64,000 bases of DNA, taken from a virus. This document shows, in pieces, positions 19,232 to 29,532 of the stretch. Each line of letters opens with the position of its first letter. The stretch's first letter is position 1. The stretch lies in IMG/VR virus record IMGVR_UViG_3300025770_000656. One strand, 5' to 3'. A program made the position numbers and the translations under genes. Under the pieces are notes generated by a model. That model searched no databases. It was not told the DNA's origin and saw only the letters and a program-made list of their open reading frames with translations.

Positions 19232-20923
19232 ACTATTTAAAGAATATTTAAAAGAAGCAGACGAAAATCCAGCCAACATTATTTTGAGTGTATCTGAACT
19301 TGTACGCAAAGATGCGGACAGTGAAGATGAAGTTGCTAAAACTAGTATTCCTTATTTTTTAATGTTGTTAAAAAATGCTGGACTTCCAATTAGCTATGCT
19401 GGTTTAAAATCATATTACAATGCTCATCCAGAATTAAAAAATGTTATACAGACATTTAATGACAGTGAAATTGTGTTTGTAGGACAGGGCGATGAAAAAG
19501 ATGGCGAGTCACTGGGCGAGCCACAAGGAGAAGTTCCACCCGAGGAGGTTGTTGATAAAATGGCAAAACGTGCAATGAAAGCTAGAGAACAAGTTGACCT
19601 TGATGAAGCAATGGGCAGTATGAAACCAGAAACAGGTGTTAAAGGCATCATTATAACCAAGTTGGCTATTGATATGTCCCGACAGGGTATGTCTGATGCT
19701 GAAGTTTTTAAACAGATGAAATTACTTCGTAAAAAGAAACTACCAGAACTGAGGAAACTTGCTAAAGAATTACAAATGAAACTATTAAAAAAAGAAGAAG
19801 TTGAACTTGATGAAAAAGCAGACTTGAAAAAACTTGATACAAATCAACTTGAGAAACAGTTAGGATTGTTAAAAATTGGAAAACCAACATCAAGAATGAA
19901 AGATACCGCTAAAAGAATTAGGGATGAACTGAAAAGTCGTGGAATCAAGGCAGAAGAAGTTGACCTTGATGAAGACGAATATGCTGCACTGGACAGTTTT
20001 ACAAATAGCGTAGACTTAACTCCAGAGGAAGAAGCTAAGATAGCCGCAGGTCCAGATGCATACGAAGCTGACGAAAAACTAATGGCAAAGCTAATGGATC
20101 ACTTTAGTGATGGAATGCCTTACGGAATGCAAAAAGGCAGAACAGGCGATCCATACGATTTTATATACCAGGAGTTAGATATGATGGGGTTAATTAAAGA
20201 ATCTGTAGAAGAGGCAGCATTTGGTGGCACAATAGACAAGATGCAACACATTGTGGATAATAAGTCAGCAATGGAAATTGACGGCGTAATGGTGGATACA
20301 TTTACAGCCAGTCTTATTATGGACATCTTCAGCAAAGTAAACAAAGACAACCAGGACAAGATGCGTAAAATGCCAGTGGAAAAATTAGCAAGTGCAGCAT
20401 ACAAGTTGGCTAACCGTTTCAAGGAAGATGTTGAAGAAGGTTATTATGTAATGCCTCCTATAGATAGAGAGCGTTACACAGATTTACCAGGCCTAGAAGG
20501 ACCATTTACAACACGCTCAGGCAAAGTTGTTTACTACGATCCCAAAGAAGGAAAGTATTACGATAGAGATTCAGATATGTATCTGACTTACGATGAGTTT
20601 AAGGCTCATGATCAAAGTAGACCAGATGAGACTGTTAAGAAAGCATCTGACAAGTCAGCCAAATACGGTGGAAGTGGTCCATATGGATCGCACACACTGG
20701 CCGATCAACAAAAAGAAGATAAATTTGATTACTGGCAGTCACCAAATAGCCTAGCTAAACTTGCTGGTATTAAAGAGCGTAGTCTTACAATGGCTGAAAA
20801 AAAAAGATGAAGCATTACGAAAAAAAATTAAGTAAAGCAGACTTTATTGATCGCTACGGTAAAAAAGAAGGCGAAGCCATATACTACGCTACAGCAACTA
20901 AAATGGCAAAGGATAACGCATAA
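19224..20923 (+). CDS. Modular head polyprotein; zero frame stops at 20810, -1 frame continues to 20923
   Basis: Repeated E(E/Q)V(E/D)LDE junctions. A9 tract at 20797-20805. The -1 frame reads KMKHYEKKLSKADFIDRYGKKEGEAIYYATATKMAKDNA and ends in a TAATG overlap with the next gene. Confidence 0.6.
19591..19974 (+). repeat. Direct repeats aagttga(c/a)cttgatgaa encoding V(D/E)LDE
   Basis: Identical 18-mers at 19591-19608 and 19957-19974, a variant at 19798-19814, and another copy at 17137-17152. Confidence 0.8.
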
Positions 20924-21282
20924 TGGCATACTTCCCTACAGGCGCACAAGCAAGAGAACGCTCGCAAGGTAACAATATCTTAGCTCAGCAAATTGCCATC
21001 ATGGAAGTAGCAGTTCTAAATGCTATCACCGCCAGCGCATTTGAAGCAACAATTAGTAATAGCACCACAGTTAGTATTCAAGGAACTACTATCACAGGTA
21101 GTCCAATGACTGACAATGATACTGATGGACTAAACTACTACAAAGCCTGGCAGGGAACTATTACTGATGATGTTAAAGTAGAGCAAATGAACGAAGTTAT
21201 TAACCACTTTAAGTCAAAAGGTTTTACATGTGCAAGAAAAAGTACTTCTGGCACATATTTTTATTGGTATATCACCTGGTAA
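20923..21282 (+). CDS. Probable structural protein
   Basis: 119 aa ORF; Thr/Ala-rich. Confidence 0.55.
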   Translation: MAYFPTGAQARERSQGNNILAQQIAIMEVAVLNAITASAFEATISNSTTVSIQGTTITGSPMTDNDTDGLNYYKAWQGTITDDVKVEQMNEVINHFKSKGFTCARKSTSGTYFYWYITW

Positions 21283-21299
21283 TCTGTTACAATTAGAGT

Positions 21300-21905
21300 A
21301 TGATACGAATATACGAACACAGTCTGTTCTGTGTAGGATTAATTCCCAAAACTGGCAGTGCAAATTTACAAAAATGGTGTTTAGATAATGGTTTTACAGA
21401 AACATATGATGTGCCTAAATCTAAACCATTGTACAGTATTTTTAGAGATCCACAAGAACGTATTCCCAGTTGCATTGCAACAGACATAAATGAAGTTGTA
21501 TATGCGTATTATAATATTTCAGATCTTGTATGGGATTACAAACTTTACGAAAAAAAATATCTATCTATTATAGAGAAATGGAGTAATAATCCGTGTGTGC
21601 CTGTAAAGGTAGATAATATTCAAGCTCAAGCAAAACATTACTTGCCGTTAACCGATTACATAGATGTTACACAAAACATTAATTGGATAAAATTATCTGA
21701 TTTAGATAAATTTCCAGAATATAGTAGTCAAACTTATAACATTAACTTTCCTTTTGGATTACAGGGTGCTAGGGATCATCCAGATCAAGTTAAATGGTTA
21801 GATTGGAGATTATTTTTAGATAAATGTGGTCCAAAAGCACATAATTTAATAAACAATTTAATCGAAGAGGATACATTTATTCCCCAGGAATTTTTAAAAT
21901 TATGA
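21300..21905 (+). CDS. Sulfotransferase-family protein
   Basis: IPKTGS (5'-PSB), FRDPQERIPS (3'-PB), HYLP. Confidence 0.6.
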   Translation: MIRIYEHSLFCVGLIPKTGSANLQKWCLDNGFTETYDVPKSKPLYSIFRDPQERIPSCIATDINEVVYAYYNISDLVWDYKLYEKKYLSIIEKWSNNPCVPVKVDNIQAQAKHYLPLTDYIDVTQNINWIKLSDLDKFPEYSSQTYNINFPFGLQGARDHPDQVKWLDWRLFLDKCGPKAHNLINNLIEEDTFIPQEFLKL

Positions 21906-22579
21906 TTACAGAAAAATATGATTACTACAGCCTGTCACGTAAAAACGTAAACGGCCGTAGAATGTACTCTACACCAGACGGTTTAGCAGTACCAAGCGTA
22001 ACAACAATCCTAGATAAAACAAAACCTGAACGTGACAAGCAAGCGTTATTAAACTGGCGTAAACGTGTAGGTGAGAAAAAAGCAACAGAGATTGTTACTG
22101 AAGCCGCAGGGCGTGGTACACGTATGCACAAGTGGTTAGAAGACTATGTAATCACTGGAGAACTAGGAACGCCTGGAAGTAACCCGTATAGTCAACAAAG
22201 CCATAAAATGGCTGAGATTGTCATTGAGCAAGGATTATCAAATGCTAATGAGTACTGGGGTACAGAGGTACCACTTTATTTCCCACAAGTATATGCTGGC
22301 ACAACTGACTGTGTGGGCGTGTATAATGGAAAACCTGCTATAATTGACTTTAAACAAACAAATAAACCTAAAAAAACAGAGTGGATTGGTGATTACTTTA
22401 TGCAACTATGTGCTTACGGTGAAGCACACAACGAAGTGCATGGAACTAATATTCAGCAGGGTGTTATACTGATGTGCAGTGCAGATTTTGAATTTCAAAC
22501 ATGGACTATTAAAGGAAATGACTTCAAAAAGCACAGCCAGAACTGGTGGAAGAGAATTGGTGATTACTACGGCGCCTAA
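21902..22579 (+). CDS. PD-(D/E)xK exonuclease (T4-like phage exonuclease)
   Basis: PSVTTIL, RGTRMH, YAGTTDCV, IIDFKQ, QLCAY. Confidence 0.85.
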   Translation: MITEKYDYYSLSRKNVNGRRMYSTPDGLAVPSVTTILDKTKPERDKQALLNWRKRVGEKKATEIVTEAAGRGTRMHKWLEDYVITGELGTPGSNPYSQQSHKMAEIVIEQGLSNANEYWGTEVPLYFPQVYAGTTDCVGVYNGKPAIIDFKQTNKPKKTEWIGDYFMQLCAYGEAHNEVHGTNIQQGVILMCSADFEFQTWTIKGNDFKKHSQNWWKRIGDYYGA

Positions 22580-22617
22580 AATCATAAATACTATATATAA
22601 GATCAAGGAGTAGTATT

Positions 22618-24189
22618 GTGGCTGTAGTCCAGATAAGTCGTATTACACATCGTAGTGGTGTTTCAGAAAATTTACCTCAATTAGCTAGAGGCGAAATTGG
22701 ATTAGCGGTTGATACACGTCAGCTATACATTGGTAATGGTGGTGCAAATGCTCCAACTACAGAAAACCTTGAGATTTTAACCAGTCGCAGTGACGTTATT
22801 CAGCTAGCAGACACATATACATACAGCGATGACCAAATTGGGTTTAGTGCTCAAACTGGCGTTAGCAGTGCAATTCCTGTTACACGAACACTACAGCATA
22901 AGTTAGATGACTTTGCAAGTGTAAGAGATTTTGGCGCAGTTGGTGACGGCGCCACTGATGATACAGCCGCTATTAACCGTGCATTATATGAATTATTTGC
23001 TAGAGAAACAGAAACTCGTATACGTAGATCATTATATTTTCCAGCAGGAAACTATTTGGTAACTAACGAGATTAAGATTCCAACTTATGCAAAACTAGTC
23101 GGTGAAGGGCCAGATAGTAGTATTATCCGTAGCACGGACACAACCGGCCCAGTTGCACAAGTTGCTGATAGTCTACAACAAATAGATGCTAGTGTGGGCT
23201 CAAGCAGTGCTACACAACCCAGCTTTATTACAGTTGAAGGTATGACCTTTGATGCTGATAATGATATTGATGTGTTTAAAGTAGACCAAGCAAAAAATGT
23301 TCACTTTACAAATGTAAAATTTGTTGGTAATAAAACCACAGCACCTAGCAGTGTTGGCAATGCAAAAGCATGTGTTAAAATTACAAGCACTGCTAGTTTC
23401 CAGACAGAATTTATAACTTTTAGAAATTGTGTACTTGAAGGTCAAAGTTTTAACGTATTAGCAGACAATGACATGAAAGGCATTTTATTTGACGGTTGCA
23501 CATTTAATATTGCATTCAAAGGATTTAAAATTGGAGAGAATGTAACAGGTAGTAGCCCAAGTGTTATTGGACCTAAAAGCATGAAAGTTACAGGCAGTGT
23601 TTTTGATAATATTCATAACAATGCTATTCATCTTTACAGTACTATACTAGGATTTGTAAGTTCGCATAACATTTATAAAGACTGCGGCAACAGCGGCCTA
23701 GGAGTAGGAAATGCTAGTGCAGATGTTTTACTATATTCTGGCACAGGGAACTACAGTATTGCAGATAGTTTTGACAGACCAGATAGTGATGTTTCAAGCA
23801 CTACTAGAAAAATAGATCAAGGCCAAACAAATATTACTACACAGGATAATAGTTTACACGTAGGTAGTTACATACGAAAAGCAAATACTAGTATTACACT
23901 CGATAATAATAGTACAAAGAGTACAGGATTAACATTTGCTAGTAACGGTGATTATTATGCTATTAAACTAGATTATTATATTTCTAGAAACAGTAAAATT
24001 CGTCAGGGCAAACTTAGAATAACACATGATGGCACTGCTCAAGTTTTAGATGATGAGTTTACAGAAAACAACGGCGATGTTGGTGTTTCATTTAGTATTT
24101 CACACGGTAGCAATATCACAACGTTAAATTATACAACAGATGCTTCAACAGCTGGTACAATGTACGTTTCAACAAGAATTATACGATAA
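22618..24189 (+). CDS. Tail fibre/spike-like protein with pectate-lyase-3 beta-helix
   Basis: N-terminal LARGEIGLAVDTRQLYIGNG (Mtd-N-like), SVRDFGAVGDGATDDTAAINRAL, FPAGNYLV. Confidence 0.75.
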   Translation: MAVVQISRITHRSGVSENLPQLARGEIGLAVDTRQLYIGNGGANAPTTENLEILTSRSDVIQLADTYTYSDDQIGFSAQTGVSSAIPVTRTLQHKLDDFASVRDFGAVGDGATDDTAAINRALYELFARETETRIRRSLYFPAGNYLVTNEIKIPTYAKLVGEGPDSSIIRSTDTTGPVAQVADSLQQIDASVGSSSATQPSFITVEGMTFDADNDIDVFKVDQAKNVHFTNVKFVGNKTTAPSSVGNAKACVKITSTASFQTEFITFRNCVLEGQSFNVLADNDMKGILFDGCTFNIAFKGFKIGENVTGSSPSVIGPKSMKVTGSVFDNIHNNAIHLYSTILGFVSSHNIYKDCGNSGLGVGNASADVLLYSGTGNYSIADSFDRPDSDVSSTTRKIDQGQTNITTQDNSLHVGSYIRKANTSITLDNNSTKSTGLTFASNGDYYAIKLDYYISRNSKIRQGKLRITHDGTAQVLDDEFTENNGDVGVSFSISHGSNITTLNYTTDASTAGTMYVSTRIIR

Positions 24190-24196
24190 TTTATAT

Positions 24197-24649
24197 ATGT
24201 TTTACGGGGATACTCAGTCCAGGCTTCTGGATTGGAAGAAATTTAGGTTAGAGATAGACACGTTGTCTGAAATTGATGCAATTCAGGCAACGTCTGCTTT
24301 ATACAACACTGCACCAATAAGCAGTCAGTTTCTTTGTCCAGACTTTGTTGAAGACTGGCCAGACCCATGGCAATTAATTGTGGATAACTACTATGATGAT
24401 ATTGCAAAAGCATTGGGAATGTTGTATACTATGTACTATAGCAGTCATAATATGGCAGGAGAGATGCGTTGCTACAGGGATAACGACCGCAGTGAAGATT
24501 ATAATTTAGCATGGTTAGGCCATGGGAAATATATACTTAATTACGACTTAGATGTTGTAGTAAATAACACAAGCATAACAAATGAAATTAATTTAGTAAC
24601 GCAGATAGGCGTAGAGGATCTAGTAAATGAGTCAAATTCAAGTCACTAA
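24197..24649 (+). CDS. Hypothetical phage protein
   Basis: ATG at 24197 (MFYGDTQSRLLDWKKFR) in frame with the track ORF. Confidence 0.6.
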   Translation: MFYGDTQSRLLDWKKFRLEIDTLSEIDAIQATSALYNTAPISSQFLCPDFVEDWPDPWQLIVDNYYDDIAKALGMLYTMYYSSHNMAGEMRCYRDNDRSEDYNLAWLGHGKYILNYDLDVVVNNTSITNEINLVTQIGVEDLVNESNSSH

Positions 24650-26918
24650 AAGAACCGGTCAACAAGAAGATCTAGACTTAGAAAAATTACATAAAGTGGT
24701 GGAATATGCGTGTGAAGGCGTTACTGGTGTGAGTGCCAGTGAGGTGGAAATCCGCAGCCACTTACAATTTTATGACGGCATTAAAACTAGTGATATCCAA
24801 GAAACCCTCATAAAAAGTACAGCAGATCTAATAAGTGAAAATACGCCCGGTTACCAATACGTAGCTGGGCGTTTAATTAACTATCATTTGCGTAAGATGG
24901 TATATAATACGTTTGAACCATGGCACCTTTATGATATCGTTAAACGTAATGTAGATGCAGGATTTTATGACGATCAACTAATGGTGGATTGGACCAAAGA
25001 AGAATGGGACGAACTAAATCGATATATTAAACATAACAGAGATGAAGATCTTACATACGCTGGCATGGAACAGTTTCGTGGAAAATATTTGGTACAAAAT
25101 CGTGTAACAAGGGAGATTTTTGAAACTCCACAAGTTGCATATATGTGTATTGCAGTTACTTTATTTGGCGGATATCCAAAAGAGACACGTATGAAATGGG
25201 TAAAGGATTACTATGACGCAATTTCAACTTTCTATATTAGTCTTCCTACTCCTGTTATGGCTGGTGTACGAACCCCACAGAGACAGTTTTCAAGTTGTGT
25301 TCTCATCGAAACCGGCGACAGTCTTGATAGTATTAATGCTACTGCTAGCAGTATCGTTAAGTACGTTAGCCAGAAAGCAGGTATTGGAATTGGAGCAGGC
25401 TCGATTAGAGCAATTGGAAGTCCAATCAGAAAAGGCGATGCCTATCATACCGGAGTAATTCCTTTTTACAAGTTATTCCAGAGTGCTACACGTAGTTGCA
25501 GTCAGGGCGGTGTGAGGAATGGTGCGGCAACGCTATATTATCCAATTTGGCATCTAGAGGTAGAAGATTTACTAGTGTTAAAGAACAACAAGGGAACTGA
25601 AGATAATAGAGTACGCCATATGGATTATGGCGTTCAGTTTAATAAGATGATGTATGAAAGACTATTAAACAACGGCAACATTACTCTTTTTTCGCCTGCT
25701 GATGTTCCAGGATTATATGAAGCATTTTTTGCTGATCAGGAAAAGTTCCAAGAGCTATATGAACGTGCAGAGCGCAATACACGTCTACGTAAAAAGACTA
25801 TTAAGGCCAGTACATTGTTTAGTACATTTATGGAAGAGCGCAAAAACACTGGCCGAATTTACTTAATGAACGTGGACCATGCAAACGATCATGGCAGTTT
25901 TAAACCAGACGTTGCGCCAATCCATCAAAGTAACCTTTGTTGTGAGATTGACTTGCCAACTAAGCCGTTAAATGATTACAATGATTCAGAAGGTGAGATT
26001 GCCTTGTGTACGTTGAGTGCAATTAACTGGGGGCTAATTAGAGATCCAAAAGACTTTGAAAAACCATGTGAGCTAGCAGTTCGTGGACTTGATGCACTGC
26101 TAAGTTATCAAAATTATCCTGTTGAAGCTGCACGTACTAGTACAATGAATCGTCGTCCACTTGGAGTTGGTATTATTAATCTTGCATATTTTCTTGCTAA
26201 GAATAATACTACGTACAGTGAGCCTAACCTAGAACTAGTTGACGAGTACGCCGAAGCATGGAGTTATTATCTTATTAAGGCTAGTGCTGATCTTTCTGTT
26301 GAACAAGGAGCATGCCCAAAGGTAGATGAAACCAAGTATGGCGATGGTATTACTCCTAATCAAACATATAAAAAGGATGTTGACGAACTTGTTCCACACA
26401 AAGAGCGCATGGACTGGAAATCATTGCGTAAGCAACTAGCTGAAACTGGCATACGTAATAGTACACTAATGGCACTTATGCCAGCAGAAACATCAGCACA
26501 AATTAGTAATGCTACTAACGGCATTGAACCCCCACGTAGTTATGTTAGTGTTAAGCAAAGCAAGGATGGCGTACTTAAACAAGTAGTGCCAGGCTATCCT
26601 AGGTTAAAAAATAAATATGATCTATTATGGGATCAAAAATCTCCACAAGGATATCTTTCCATTATGGCAGTACTGCAAAAGTACATTGATCAAGGTATTA
26701 GTGTAAATACAAGTTATAACCCACAGTTTTTTGAAGATGAAAAGATCCCAATGAGTACGATGCTCAAGGATATTATTACTGCCTACAAGTACGGTATGAA
26801 GCAACTATACTATTTTAATACATATGATGGTGCTGGTGATGATATTGCAGAAAAAGAAGTAATTCATTTAGAGATACCAGATATTAAAGAAGAAGAATGT
26901 GACAGTTGTACTATATAA
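24627..26918 (+). CDS. nrdA: Class Ia ribonucleotide reductase alpha subunit
   Basis: ATP cone, PTPVMAG, SSCVLI, SNLCCEI, MPAETS, C-terminal CDSC. Confidence 0.97.
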   Translation: MSQIQVTKRTGQQEDLDLEKLHKVVEYACEGVTGVSASEVEIRSHLQFYDGIKTSDIQETLIKSTADLISENTPGYQYVAGRLINYHLRKMVYNTFEPWHLYDIVKRNVDAGFYDDQLMVDWTKEEWDELNRYIKHNRDEDLTYAGMEQFRGKYLVQNRVTREIFETPQVAYMCIAVTLFGGYPKETRMKWVKDYYDAISTFYISLPTPVMAGVRTPQRQFSSCVLIETGDSLDSINATASSIVKYVSQKAGIGIGAGSIRAIGSPIRKGDAYHTGVIPFYKLFQSATRSCSQGGVRNGAATLYYPIWHLEVEDLLVLKNNKGTEDNRVRHMDYGVQFNKMMYERLLNNGNITLFSPADVPGLYEAFFADQEKFQELYERAERNTRLRKKTIKASTLFSTFMEERKNTGRIYLMNVDHANDHGSFKPDVAPIHQSNLCCEIDLPTKPLNDYNDSEGEIALCTLSAINWGLIRDPKDFEKPCELAVRGLDALLSYQNYPVEAARTSTMNRRPLGVGIINLAYFLAKNNTTYSEPNLELVDEYAEAWSYYLIKASADLSVEQGACPKVDETKYGDGITPNQTYKKDVDELVPHKERMDWKSLRKQLAETGIRNSTLMALMPAETSAQISNATNGIEPPRSYVSVKQSKDGVLKQVVPGYPRLKNKYDLLWDQKSPQGYLSIMAVLQKYIDQGISVNTSYNPQFFEDEKIPMSTMLKDIITAYKYGMKQLYYFNTYDGAGDDIAEKEVIHLEIPDIKEEECDSCTI

Positions 26919-26930
26919 AAGGAAGTAACC

Positions 26931-28103
26931 ATGAGTGTTTTAAATTTAGATAATAAAGATCATATCAATCGCAATGCGTTTTTCGATGGCGGTGTGGGTA
27001 TGCAACGTTATGATACTGTAAAGTATCGTTGGATGGACAAACTTACTGATAAACAACTGGGTTTTTTCTGGAGACCTGAAGAAGTAGATATTTTACGTGA
27101 TGCCAAAGACTTTAAAGAACTAACTGAACACGAAAAACATATCTTTACAAGCAATTTAAAGCGACAAATCTTACTAGACAGCGTACAAGGTAGAGCTCCA
27201 AGTGAAGCATTTGGCAGTGTTTGCAGTTTGCCTGAACTAGAAGCCTGGATACAAACTTGGACATTTAATGAAACTATTCACAGTCGAAGTTATACACATA
27301 TCATCCGTAACATCTATTCAGATCCAAGTAAAGTATTTGATGAGATGTCAGACATAAAAGAAATCATGGATTGTGCAGATACTATTACAGAGCATTATGA
27401 TGATCTAGTACGCATGGTTGGTTGGTATAATCTGCTAGGAGAAGGCAGACATCTTGTAGTTAGCGGCAAGGAACATAACACAAAGAAAGTTAATGGTAAC
27501 TTTAGTAATGTTGCTATGCAGGTTAACGTTAATATGTATGAGCTAAAAAAGAAACTATGGCTTACACTGGCTAGTGTAAACATTCTAGAAGGTGTACGTT
27601 TTTATGTTAGTTTTGCATGTAGTTGGGCGTTTGCTGAACTTAAAAAAATGGAAGGCAATGCTAAAATTATTAAGTTTATTGCCAGAGACGAAAACGTACA
27701 CTTAGCATTTACCCAACAGATGCTAAAAGTTCTTCCCCAGGAAGATAAAGATTATGCAAAAATTAAACAAGAAACACAGGACCAAGTAACAGCAATGTTT
27801 GATGCCGCAGTTAATCAAGAAAAAGAATGGGCAGAATTTTTATTTAAAGACGGCTCAATGATTGGGCTTAATACAAGATTGCTGGAAGATTACATAGAGT
27901 GGATTGCTAACAAACGCATGATTGCTATTGGATTATCTAGCCCATACAAAGTTCCAGCAGCTAACCCTCTTCCATGGACACAAAAATGGATCAGCGGTAG
28001 TGACGTACAAGTAGCTCCGCAGGAAACAGAAATTTCAAGTTATATCATAGGTGGCACAAAGCAGGACGTCGAAGAAACTACATTTACTGGGCTTAGTCTT
28101 TAG
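26931..28103 (+). CDS. nrdB: Class Ia ribonucleotide reductase beta subunit
   Basis: FFWRPEEV, LDSVQ, ETIHSRSY, EGVRFY, RDENVH, APQETEISSY. Confidence 0.97.
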   Translation: MSVLNLDNKDHINRNAFFDGGVGMQRYDTVKYRWMDKLTDKQLGFFWRPEEVDILRDAKDFKELTEHEKHIFTSNLKRQILLDSVQGRAPSEAFGSVCSLPELEAWIQTWTFNETIHSRSYTHIIRNIYSDPSKVFDEMSDIKEIMDCADTITEHYDDLVRMVGWYNLLGEGRHLVVSGKEHNTKKVNGNFSNVAMQVNVNMYELKKKLWLTLASVNILEGVRFYVSFACSWAFAELKKMEGNAKIIKFIARDENVHLAFTQQMLKVLPQEDKDYAKIKQETQDQVTAMFDAAVNQEKEWAEFLFKDGSMIGLNTRLLEDYIEWIANKRMIAIGLSSPYKVPAANPLPWTQKWISGSDVQVAPQETEISSYIIGGTKQDVEETTFTGLSL

Positions 28104-28134
28104 AGATAGACAGATTTCGTAAGAAGTTGGGTAT

Positions 28135-28284
28135 ATGATATTAGAAAACATACCATTCGATGATACGATATATGCATGGTGTGGAGAGTATTTCATTCAA
28201 CTATCCATATGGCAAGAGAAGTTTCCGGTAGAGATGTTATGTGCATTACACTATGCAGAGAAAGTAGGGGAAATATTATTCTAA
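28135..28284 (+). CDS. Small hypothetical protein (49 aa, below the track cut-off)
   Basis: MILENIPFDDTIYAWCGEYFIQLSIWQEKFPVEMLCALHYAEKVGEILF. Confidence 0.35.
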   Translation: MILENIPFDDTIYAWCGEYFIQLSIWQEKFPVEMLCALHYAEKVGEILF

Positions 28285-28506
28285 AGATTGGATGTGTCAC
28301 ATATCCTAATACGCCAGAAGGTCGTAGAGCCTATAGAGAGACACTGCCAGCAGAAAGATCGAAACCTCGTATATCAATACCAACAGCACATTCAAGAGTA
28401 TGGTATGTAGGTGAATATGAAAAAAATGGATGTAGAATAATAGTAAAGACGAATACGAAGTGATGCGGAAAGATTTACTCATTATAATAAATTTTTACAA
28501 AAGGAT

Positions 28507-28785
28507 ATGTACATGTTAATAGTATATACAAAACATTGGTGTGGCTACTGCGACATGGCAAAAGCTCACCTAAACAAACACAATATAGTATTTGAAGAAG
28601 TCAATATTGATGACGACAAAGATGCAAGAGAGTATATGCGATCACAAGGACACAGAACTGCTCCTCAGATTTACCACAATGGTAAACTTTTAGTAGAAGG
28701 TGGAGCATCTGGTTTAGTAAGTTTGAGTGGTACAGAAATTAAAGAACGACTAGGAGACCTAGACTTTTCAGATATAAGTTTATGA
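28507..28785 (+). CDS. Glutaredoxin
   Basis: WCGYC active site, TAPQI, GG motif; adjacent to nrdAB. Confidence 0.9.
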   Translation: MYMLIVYTKHWCGYCDMAKAHLNKHNIVFEEVNIDDDKDAREYMRSQGHRTAPQIYHNGKLLVEGGASGLVSLSGTEIKERLGDLDFSDISL

Positions 28786-29018
28786 GATACAGAATTACAA
28801 CAACCTTAAAAAAAGGTATATTAGATAACGCTGGCACTGCCACTGGCAAAGCATTACAGACGCTGGGATTTGAAAATGTGGGAGAGGTACGCATAGGGAA
28901 AATAATAGAATTAAACTGCGATTCTGCAGATATAGACTCCATAGCTAAAAGTACATACAACGAAGTTATGGAAGATTTTACCATAGAAGAGATGAAAGAA
29001 GAAAACAATGATAATTGA
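28782..29018 (+). CDS. purS: Phosphoribosylformylglycinamidine synthase subunit PurS
   Basis: LKKGILDNAG.A...AL..LGF..V.EVRIGK.IEL...NEVME pattern, 78 aa. Confidence 0.8.
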   Translation: MRYRITTTLKKGILDNAGTATGKALQTLGFENVGEVRIGKIIELNCDSADIDSIAKSTYNEVMEDFTIEEMKEENNDN

Positions 29019-29202
29019 TGCATTAGAAGCAAGATATAAAGCGGAGATAGCTTCAGCTAAAGCAAATATTCAAGTTTATTTGGAAAATCCTGCAGGAATT
29101 GGAGAACACCCAGATTTAGTAGCGGCGGTAGACGAGCAAATGGCTAAGTTAGCAGAAGCTGATGACAAATACGATACATTAGTAAAGCACTACAGAAAAT
29201 AA
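29008..29202 (+). CDS. Small T4-like phage hypothetical protein
   Basis: VYLENPAGIGEHPD motif, 64 aa. Confidence 0.65.
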   Translation: MIIDALEARYKAEIASAKANIQVYLENPAGIGEHPDLVAAVDEQMAKLAEADDKYDTLVKHYRK

Positions 29203-29239
29203 TTAACTTAGCATATTATTTCCGGTAATAAATACTATT

Positions 29240-29527
29240 ATGGCACAAATGGTAGTAAGAGTCGGAGATATTAATGTAGCTGGAGGTAAGGCAATCACGC
29301 CTGTATTAAATGTTACAGCAAATGGAAGACCTCTTGCAAAATTTATGAGTATTGTAACACCACACCATCCGTGTCCTTTTCCACCAATACACTGTAAGGC
29401 GAACGCGGCATTCCCCGGAAGCATGAAAGTAAGTGCTGGCGGATTGCCAGTTCTTAGAGTATTTACAGATATTGACACCTGTGGTCATCCTAGGATGACC
29501 GGGTCGTTTAACGTAACAGCAGGATAA
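29240..29527 (+). CDS. PAAR-repeat spike tip protein (gp5.4-like)
   Basis: RVGD, PHHPCPFPPIHC, DTCGH...GS. Confidence 0.8.
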   Translation: MAQMVVRVGDINVAGGKAITPVLNVTANGRPLAKFMSIVTPHHPCPFPPIHCKANAAFPGSMKVSAGGLPVLRVFTDIDTCGHPRMTGSFNVTAG

Positions 29528-29532
29528 AAAGC

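Noticed and set aside
28176-28463. 95-aa ORF after nrdB as a single gene
   Set aside because: Its 5' half overlaps a more natural 49-aa ORF in another frame and no convincing start was found for the 3' half, so it is left unresolved
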